Of a stretch of DNA of 64,000 nucleotides, positions 54,810 to 64,000 are shown piece by piece. The DNA lies in assembly GCA_951406725.2 (NCBI GenBank), contig OX597821.1, positions 70,556,001-70,620,000 of the forward strand, given 5' to 3'. A program made the translations under genes and the position numbers. A model generated the notes under the pieces. That model saw only the letters and a program-made list of their open reading frames with translations. It did no database searches and was not told the origin of the DNA. This DNA is from Octopus vulgaris. Its lineage: Eukaryota. Position 1 is the first letter of the stretch; each line of letters starts with the position of its first letter.

Positions 54810-54995
54810 AATTTTGGGGGAGGAATAAGTTGATAATATCGGCCCCAGTACGCAACTGGTACTTATTTTATCGACCCCGAAATGATGAAAGGAAAAGTCG
54901 ATCTCTACGAAATTTGAATTCAGAACGTAAGGACGGACGAAATGCCGTTAAGCAATTTTTCCGGCGTTGTAACAGTTCTGCCAGTTGGCCGCCTT
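54810..54995 (-). mobile_element. tRNA-derived SINE (family B)
   Basis: Minus strand GGCGGCCAACTGGCAGAAC..GTTCTGAATTCAAATT; relatives at 46915, 58000, 60815 and 25165. Confidence 0.75.
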
Positions 54996-55075
54996 AAAAT
55001 ATTTAGACTTTACTTTGGTGTTAAGCCATTGCTATGTCGAATCTATAAAACCATCAGCAGCAAATATATGTGTGG

Positions 55076-55107
<32 letters not shown>

Positions 55108-55108
55108 G

Positions 55109-55167
<59 letters not shown>

Positions 55168-56169
55168 GGTAGATACATTGGTAAAGCGACATTAAGAAGT
55201 ATATTAGACGTGTCAAACTGTGACGTTGACTCGCACTCCATCGAGATAAGATTAACTGATTCCATCTCCGTATAGCTATCATAACAGACTCCACCACCAA
55301 CATCGCTTTATCTCACCCTCAACACCCCATCCAGTGCGACCACAGCCACCACCAACAAGATTAACATTATCTTCTTCCAACGTCAATACGACCAGCACCT
55401 TATCTTTCGAACGAAAGACCCAATGGACTGACGCTTGATAGGCTAGAAATAGCAGCTAAATTCCTCTCAAATAACACCTCCACTGACTTAATGAAAGAGC
55501 ACTTTGAATAATGTTGTTCAGAGTGGGGATGTGGGGAAAAAAAAAACACCACCATCTCCCTCATCATACTTCCCTACTTTATCACCACTACAACCACCAC
55601 CACCACCATCGACATCACATCACCGACAACAATCATCAACACGACCAACACCAACATATTTATATATATAAAAAAAAAGGATTGACCTGGTGGCCTAAGT
55701 AAAAAGTGATCATTACTTAAGAAAGCATTGTTGCCAGAGTCGCTGATGAAACGAGGCGGGTGGAACAAGAAAAACAAAACTAAGATCTCAGCAGGGATTG
55801 CGCTGATCTTGAAAGATTCCCAAACGCAATTCTTAAGCTGCCTTATGTAAATGTGTTCTATTTTGCGCTTCCGTATTCATTCAAATCCCTTATTTATTCA
55901 CTCGTATCTTCATCACATTTATTTCAATCGCTTTTTATTACTTTTTTTGTTTCTTGAAATAAAAACGAAAAGAAATAAACTGTCTTACGCTCTCTCTCTC
56001 TCTCTCCCTCTCTCCCCCTCTCTCTCTCTCCCTTCTTGTTTTCAAACTGACGCAAAAAAGTGTCAATTTATAATGTCAAATACGTCACCAACCGTCGCAG
56101 ACTCTCCCTTTTCTCCCTCCCTTTGTCTCTGTCTCTGTCTCTCTCATTCTTTGTCTTTCACTCTCACGC

Positions 56170-56223
<54 letters not shown>

Positions 56224-56748
56224 TCTTACTCTCTTTTCTTTGCGTTTCTTTCTCTTCATCGATAGCGAGAAAGAGACAGTGACAAAGCCTGGCTCTCACC
56301 CTCTTCTTCTTTCTTTCTTTCTTTCTTTCTCTCTCTCTCTCTCACTCTAATTGTTGCATTCATCTTATCTCTCTATCTATTCCTCCTTTTTCTTTTCTCA
56401 CATTACCTCTCGGTCTCTATTTCTGTTTCTTTCTATTTCTCTCCTACCCTTCTCTCCCTCTCTCTTTCTTTCTCTCTCTTGCTCTCTCTCCCTCTCTCTC
56501 TCTCTCGCTATTACATTTTTTCTTTCTCTTTAACCCGAGGCAGAAAAAATGTCTGCAATGTGTCAATTTTTATACGCTTTTTATAAATAGTGTTGTTGTT
56601 GTTGTTGTTGTTGAACTTATTATCCCTGAAGGGGCAGAAATAGTTACTTGAATGAGGATCTGTTTAAGCGAAGAACAGTCGAGACATTCTTTCGAAATCA
56701 ATGTATCCTTCAGCCAGTCTTTGTTTCTGGTTTTCTCCCATCTCAACT

Positions 56749-56791
<43 letters not shown>

Positions 56792-56978
56792 GCCTCTCCC
56801 TCATCATTCTCGTCTATTCTTTCTGTCTATGCTTGTTGTTGTTGTTGTTGTCGGGTTCACCTCTTATCACTCGTATCCCTTTAACTGCTTTTTACATCTG
56901 CAGCACTCCACTTCACTCGTCTCTACTCACACACACATACACTCTCTCCCCTCTTTCTCTCTCCCTCTTTCTCTCTCC

Positions 56979-57025
<47 letters not shown>

Positions 57026-57214
57026 ACACTTAACCCTATTCTTCCCGTCATCTTCAAAATAATCTTCACTTACTTTCAAAACCATAAGAATCTGCTGCTA
57101 TCACTGTCACTGCTGCTGCTGCAGTTTCCATCGCTGCAACTATTGTTGTTGTTGTTGCATTTCTTTTTATTATTATTTTTATTTTGTTGTAGTCGTCGCC
57201 GATACTTGTCCGTC

Positions 57215-57460
57215 AATGAGCAAGCAGCAAGGCCCGGTATATTGGCCGTTGCGGCGCGCGAAAATGAAATTAATCTTGTCCTGACATGTCTGAATACAAA
57301 TTATGCCGCACAAAAGGCGGCCATCTTGGCCGAGCGCGCCATTGTTTGGTGCCATATACAACGTTACGGTGATTTGAGGTCATCCACAAAGCTGTAATTA
57401 GATTAAAGGTTGTAACTCTACATAGGGCTAATCAATGGCTGTCGCCTTGTTTTCCTCTTA
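57215..57460. promoter_or_regulatory. Candidate conserved enhancer or promoter island
   Basis: CpG-rich; YY1-type GCGGCCATCTTGG, CGCCATTGTT, TGAGGTCA, TAATTA, CTAATCAATGG. Confidence 0.4.
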
Positions 57461-58169
57461 TCTCATCATCATTATAAGCGCTTTCTCCATTGTAGAACAG
57501 CATCATCGCTTCCAACTTTAACAGACAACAAGGGGCCGGGGAGATGGCGGGGATGGCGGGGAAGGGAGTCCCAGTCGGAATAATTGTTCACTCAGCATTC
57601 AACCACTCCCAACATATTTTTTGTTCATTTATTCATTTATGTATTTAAACGCATGGTTCTATGCAAAAAGTGTGAGAGCGGTAAAAACAAGCATCAGCCA
57701 ATACGGACATATTGAACAACAACAAAAACAAAAGCAACAAAAGCTACAACAACAATTTCTACTACAAACAACAAACGACAACAACAATTAAAACATGAAA
57801 CAAAAATAAAAAAGCAAAATAGCAAGAGATGTGTGAAATGATAAGGTTTTAATGATGGCAATATCAAGGACAACATGGACTTAACAAATTTATATTAATT
57901 TCTTATGACTTATTTTAATTCGGGGTGGGGCTTACGGTGGTGGGGGCGGGCGTAAAGGACAGAGAAGGATTGCCACTAAAGATATAATTATATTTAGTTT
58001 CGTCCTTCGATGTTCTGAGTTCAAATCCGGCCACGGTCGACTGCTCCTTTATCCTCTCGCGGCTCTCAATTAGAATTAGATATGTACCAGTTGTATAATT
58101 AATTTATTTAATTCGATTATATTTATTCACACTAACGATGTAACTTCTTGTGCCAGGCATTACTGAACG

Positions 58170-58183
58170 ATAGATAGTTAGAT

Positions 58184-58228
<45 letters not shown>

Positions 58229-58255
58229 TATAGATAGATAGATAGATAGATAGAT

Positions 58256-58326
<71 letters not shown>

Positions 58327-58327
58327 T

Positions 58328-58422
<95 letters not shown>

Positions 58423-58423
58423 T

Positions 58424-58500
<77 letters not shown>
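58170..58500. repeat. (GATA)n / (TA)n microsatellite
   Basis: Visible directly. Confidence 0.95.
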
Positions 58501-60814
58501 CACATGAACACATGCAGCCACGTAATAAAAAAAAGGATTATATATTTGTAGGCTAGTATTTAAAAACTTCATTTAAAGCCAACTCATGAAAGCAATGGAT
58601 GTGTCTCAATGTTATTTGGCCACCTCAGTGAAGTGTATTCCACTAAATTGACCAGACTAAACGTGTTCTGTAAGAGAAGAGGAGTTGTAGCGTCGCTTAT
58701 TATGTTATGTCAAGAATATGATTGAGGAAAATATCTCTGAGTAGTATTCTGTATACTAAATAGGAAGTGATGTCAACTGTAAGGTCCTTCTATATTTAGC
58801 GTTTTGGTATACTGTCAAGTAATTTGTCAAACATCTCGATGAAGCCTGTCGAGCTTCATCTCCGGGTATATTCATTTTGCTGAAGACCTTAACACAACGT
58901 TCTAAATTCCTAACATCATTTTCTCCACCCTCATCTTCACCTATATTAATATTCATATCAGTATCATTACAATCCTCATCATTATTCTCGTCGCAGTCAT
59001 CCTCTTTGGTGTTGTTGATGACGATGTCATCATTGTCATCATCATCATCATCATCATCATCATCGTCGTCGGGAACAATAACAACACTTGAAGCAACAGT
59101 CGTTCTCCCACCATCATTCTATTATCACCCCTAACAACTACGACCAACACTACTACTACTACCACAGATCTGTAACCACAGCTTCAGAAGTAGCCAAAGT
59201 AAGTACTGATGGTGATGGTGATGGTGATGGTGATGATGATGGTTGTAGGTGTAGTAGTGCTGTGCGCTGGTAGAGGCGAAGAATATACTTTACGTAAAGA
59301 TTGCTTCGGAAATAGTCACTGTGGTGGAAGTAGTTGTGTTGGTGGTGGCGGCGGCGGTGGCGGCGGTGGTGGTGGTGGTTGCATAATAGTTGAAGTCGTG
59401 ATTCTGTTTGCTGCGCTAGTGGTTGTTATTGTTGTTGTTGTTTAATTTCAAGCCATTTCTGATTCCGTAGACATATGATCAACGTGGTGCCAGGTCTAGG
59501 GACAGTTCTTCCCTCCCCCCTCCACACACCTTTCTTTAATATGAATCTAATTTTGGCTGTTGTTAAGAGTCTCGCTTTGCAACTCTGTGATTTCAGGTTC
59601 AGTCCCACTACACGGAACCTTAAGCAAGTGCCATATGACAGTAACTGTGCAGAATCCCATCGTATAAATATATGTAGGTGTGCATGCGTGTGTGTGTGTG
59701 TGCGCGCGTGTGTGTGTATGCGTGTGTGTGTGTGTGTGTGTGTGTTTGTGTTCCCACCACCGCTTGGCAACCGGAATTAGTTTGTTTATGCCGTTGTAAC
59801 TAAGCTTGTCGGCAGAAGAGACCGATAAAATAAGTGCCAGAACTGGTGTTGGTTTGTCCAAAGAAACCTTTCAAGGCGGTGCTCCAGCATGGCCGCAGAC
59901 TAATTACTGAAACAAGTAAAAGATAAAAGATAAAAGAAGAAATATCGGGGTTATAGTAAGTGGTAGACTGAATGATTTGAGGGGAAATTTGACTTCTATA
60001 TCTAACAGGTCGAGCGATCGTGTAGACGTTTTCTCATTGTTGTCCTTGCTGCTGTTTAACCCCAGTTGATATAATCAAAAGCGTTCCAGTCGTGGCTATC
60101 TCGTTCTTTTTCTAATTGCAATAAACCCAAGACGACATTATCCAATGCAGCGACGTTTGTGTTGGTCGCTGTGGCGGTGACGGGGATGGAACGGAAAATA
60201 AGAACTCACTGGCGGCGGATTTGTCAATAACTGCATTCCCCACCCCCACCACACCTAATCCTGCTCTCCTCTCACAACCAGCACCACACACGCACACACA
60301 TGCACACATGTACATGTACACACAGGCTTACAGTGTGTGTGTGTGTGTGTGTGCTACGATGTTGTTGACTGTTGACAATGAATGGTGCCTGGCGGATGCG
60401 ACGCTAAAAACTGATGTGTAATTAACCACTTCAGTTCCGGTTTGGTAGGTCAACTGTCCGATAGGGGTTATCTCATAGCACTTGTGCCCACTTCTCCTCT
60501 CTTGTCATCACTTGTCATCACTTGGCTTATGCGATGACAACCATTTACATTCTAACATTATTTACCCTTCTCTTCAGCCACTCTTGATTTTCGCTTTAAC
60601 TACAATGCTTCATGCCACACACTGGTGATTGCAGACTCTGTACTGCATATTACAAACCGCCGATTAACTGCAACATATTCCTTGCATATTGTAAATTATT
60701 TTCTATCTACTTCATACATATTGCATAAACCTCATTATATTGCCTGCATATTGCATGCCTATAAGTTGTTCTTTTAAGCTAATATTTACGCGTTGTTATT
60801 CGTAGCTTTAACTA

Positions 60815-60975
60815 AGACGGCGAACTGGCAGAATCGTTACCGGACTAAACGTTTAGTGGTATTTCTTCTGATGCCACCGAGGTTGACTTTGCCTTTCATC
60901 CATTCGGGAACAGTCGAGCACTGGGGTTGATGTAAACCTCCTAGGATTTCAGGCTTTTTGCCAATAGTAGAAATA
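60815..60975 (+). mobile_element. SINE family B, internally deleted
   Basis: GACGGCGAACTGGCAGAATCGTT..GAGGTTGACTTTGCCTTTCATCC. Confidence 0.65.
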
Positions 60976-61321
60976 ATTTATAGCTATATCTAATTCGAGT
61001 TCCACTGTTAAAAAGGATTTATTCTCAATGCAACATACATACAGCATGTTCACTGATTCTGACAACGACGGCTCCAACACAAGATGCTGAGATACCCTGA
61101 AGAGCCAAACATGGCCTTTATGCTAACCATCAACATCGGACTAATTTCAATTACATCACACTAAACCGTCTTGGAGGAAACAAAACACATTGAATAAGGT
61201 ACGCTTTGACACACAGTGTCTGAGAAAAACAGAGAACAGTGTCGCGACTGGGATTATGTTAGATATTGTTTAGTGTTGACCTGGGACCAGACAAGAACAG
61301 TAAAACACTCGTATTTATTCA

Positions 61322-61480
61322 GACACAGGAGTAGCTGTGCAGTAAGTAGCTTGCTTACCATCCACATGATTCCAAGTTCAGTCTCACTGCGTGGCACGTT
61401 AGCAAGTACCTTCTACTGTAGCCTCGGTCCGACCAAAGCCTTGTGAGTGGATTTGGTAGGCGGAAACTGAAAGAAGCCAG
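61322..61480 (+). mobile_element. SINE family A 5' half
   Basis: CAGGAGTAGCTGTG..GTTCAGTCTCACTGCGTGGCAC..GGATTTGGTAGGCGGAAACTGAAAGAAGCC. Confidence 0.75.
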
Positions 61481-61625
61481 TGGCACATATACATACATGC
61501 ATATAAGTGTATATGTATATACCGGAGTAAGCACATAAATGTGAAACAAGGTGGAAAAAAGAGTACTCAAATACCAGAGGTAGATTAATATGCTTTATTT
61601 AAAAGCAGAAGAAATATAACAAAAG

Positions 61626-61663
61626 CTGTTACTCGGAGTTTCACGTTCCCGTTCGTCGGATAG
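61626..61663 (-). ncRNA. Minimal hammerhead ribozyme motif (family 3)
   Basis: Minus strand CTAT-CCGACGA-ACG GGAA CGT-GAAACTC C GAGTA-ACAG; GNRA-capped stem II, near-palindromic stem III, GUA triplet. Confidence 0.6.
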
Positions 61664-61699
61664 TTTTGTTAACAAAATAATATATATATATAAATATAT

Positions 61700-61914
61700 A
61701 TATAACGGGAAAGTTTACAAAAATAAACAAAAGACGAAGGTACGTGGAGTACAAACAAACAAATGTATTAGTATAGCGCCCAGGAATAGAAATAGAAAAA
61801 GTCTTTGACGTTTCGAGCCTACGCTCTTCGACAGAAAGATACACAGGAAAAAAATAAGGAGAGAAACAAGGAGAGAAAAAAACGCGTTTAGGAGCTAACG
61901 ATTTTTCATGGCGT

Positions 61915-61916
<2 letters not shown>
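61700..61916 (-). mobile_element. Hammerhead mini-element (family 2)
   Basis: TCTTT-CTGTCGA-A-GAGC GTAG GCTC-GAAAC-GTC-AAAGA at 61802-61839; (TA)n on both sides. Confidence 0.75.
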
Positions 61917-61968
<52 letters not shown>

Positions 61969-62949
61969 CTGCTATTTCTAAACTTCGCTATGTGGTAAAG
62001 CAAATTTTTGCTGAACCCTAATTATAATTATACTCGTAATTATAAAATATTGTTATATATATATGTGTGTGTGTGTATATATATATGTATGTATGTATAT
62101 ATATATATATATGTATGTATATATAAGTATATATATGTGTATATATATATATACATACATACATACATACATACATACATACATACATACATACATACAT
62201 ACATACTTATGGTGAAAAGATGCTAGCGAATGCGGAGAATAGATAAGCACCGAATTAGAGCTCGGAGTGACGACATTTAAAAACATCCAACTCCTTAACC
62301 AGGACAAAATAGTCCGGCAAAAGAAGAAATGCAAAACGTGAACGAGTAATGAAAGGACAAAAGATAAACAATCAATTATTGATAGCAGAAATTCATTTAT
62401 GAATTATGTTTTACAGGTTCAAAGTAGTTTTATACACAATTATGCTTGAACGTAGGTCGTCGAGAATTTTCTCTGTCTCATCGTTTTTGTTATAGGTGTT
62501 GATGCTGTTTCTTCTTTTCGATCATATACTTGTCTTTACTCGAGTTTGTTGTTCTTCTTGTTGTCCTTCCTATCGCAGCTGCCAAATATTCTCTTTGATT
62601 CATCGAAAGATTTCATAACACAAGAGCAATCATCTGATCTCCTTCCTCAAAGCGTACTTTTCACACCAAAACCACAACCACAACCACCAATAATCCCGAC
62701 AAATCCCTGTATTAATCCCTTAACCACATTCGTTCACATAACACTAACCCAAGAACCGAAACGCCACACAGTGGAATGGAACCCCGAAACTGCATCATTG
62801 CAAAGCGAGCTTCAATTTGAAACAGAAAACAGAAACGGGCCTCCGTCACTAGCAAACCTCAAACTATGTAAGGGGACTTGAGCCAGATGAATGCGATTGA
62901 ATTCAGTCTCATTGGGACAGCGATCAGTGACTGACAAATTATCTTGATG

Positions 62950-63275
62950 TGTGACTGTGTGGCAAGCAGTTTGCTTCCCAACCACATATGGGTCCGAGTT
63001 CAGTCCCACTGCGTGGCACCTTGGGCAAATGCCTTCTACTATAGCCTCGGGCCGACCAAATTCTTATGAGTGCATTTGGTATACGGAAACTGAAAGAAGC
63101 CTGTCGTATATATGTATGAGTATGTGAATATATGTATGTGTGCGTGTGCGTGTGTGTTTTTGTACCTCTGTCGCCCGCAAACACTTGGCAATCTTAAAAG
63201 AATAAGAACGAAGAGCGATTCATTCGACTAAAATTCCTTCCAGGCAGTGCCCCAGCATGATCGCTGTAAAATGAT
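62950..63275 (+). mobile_element. SINE family A, degraded
   Basis: GTTCAGTCCCACTGCGTGGCACCTTGGGCAA..GAAACTGAAAGAAGCCTGTCG. Confidence 0.75.
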
Positions 63276-63714
63276 AGCGTTCTCTACCGTCCAGCACCCA
63301 GGTCCGCCTGCATCTGCCATGTTCTCTCGGTTGCTAAAACAGGGTTTTTTTTTTGTAATAAGCAAGATGAGAAGACGTTGCAAAACTCTCGCTCAACCCT
63401 TCCGGTTGCATTTGAGCAATGGAACAACGTGTCGTTGTTCTCCATTCGACCACATCGTCTCCCTCTAATTTGATTTCTTGCTTTCGATTTTCCTCTGAAC
63501 GATCGCAAAGTAAAAGGCTCTCTCACTAGTGCATCGATAATCAGCAGAAAACTATTGAAAAAAAACATTCTGCTACGTGTTTATCCTATACAATGCGTAT
63601 GTATATACATACATATATTTACATACATACATATATTTACATACACGAGTGCGCAAGTATATACGCACACTGCACACACATATACATGTGTATGTATATA
63701 TGTATATGAATATA

Positions 63715-63906
63715 TGTGACCTATGAAGACTACCTGCAATATTTTTCCCTCTGTCCTCCCGCCTATCTTTATTTCTCCTATGTTTCCGACGAAGAGCTCC
63801 GCTCGAAACGTCATACCCTCCTTCTTCCCTTCCTTCCTGAGCGTCCAATAATACTTTATTTGTTCCACATCCTCGCGTTGTTGTCTTTTTGTTTTCTTTT
63901 TTGGAT

Positions 63907-63912
<6 letters not shown>
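63715..63912 (+). mobile_element. Hammerhead mini-element (family 1)
   Basis: GTTT-CCGACGA-A-GAGC TCC GCTC-GAAAC-GTC at 63782-63812; ends GGATTAAC(TA)n like the copy ending at 2638. Confidence 0.75.
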
Positions 63913-63952
<40 letters not shown>

Positions 63953-63953
<1 letters not shown>

Positions 63954-64000
63954 TAGCAGTATCGCCCGGCGTTGCTCAGGTTTGTAAGGGAAATAACTAT
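63953..64000 (-). mobile_element. Helitron 3' end (runs off the window)
   Basis: CTAGCAGTATCGCCCGGCGTTGCTCAGG is the reverse complement of 36321-36348. Confidence 0.8.

Overview
Eukaryotic, AT-rich, microsatellite-saturated non-genic DNA. The SINE types and the repeat density suggest an octopus or other coleoid cephalopod genome; this is an inference. I found no recognisable host protein-coding exon, and almost all listed ORFs are translated simple repeats. Transposon content: (i) a near-intact ~4-kb R4/Dong-type RT + restriction-like-endonuclease (RLE) retrotransposon at 14.5-18.5 kb, plus many 5'-truncated relatives that usually sit in (TAA)n tracts; (ii) an RTE LINE, L1/Tx1 fragments, a CRE-like RLE tail, a Penelope GIY-YIG remnant and a mariner remnant; (iii) non-autonomous Helitrons and several tRNA-derived SINE families. 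The most notable item is a set of ~200-bp non-coding elements, in at least three families, that end in (TA)n and carry minimal hammerhead-ribozyme folds of the Penelope type. These have palindromic stem III and recurrent non-canonical cores (CUGUYGA, CCGACGA). Short CpG- and TF-motif-rich unique islands (e.g. 57.2 kb, 30.7 kb) look like cis-regulatory elements of a gene outside the window.
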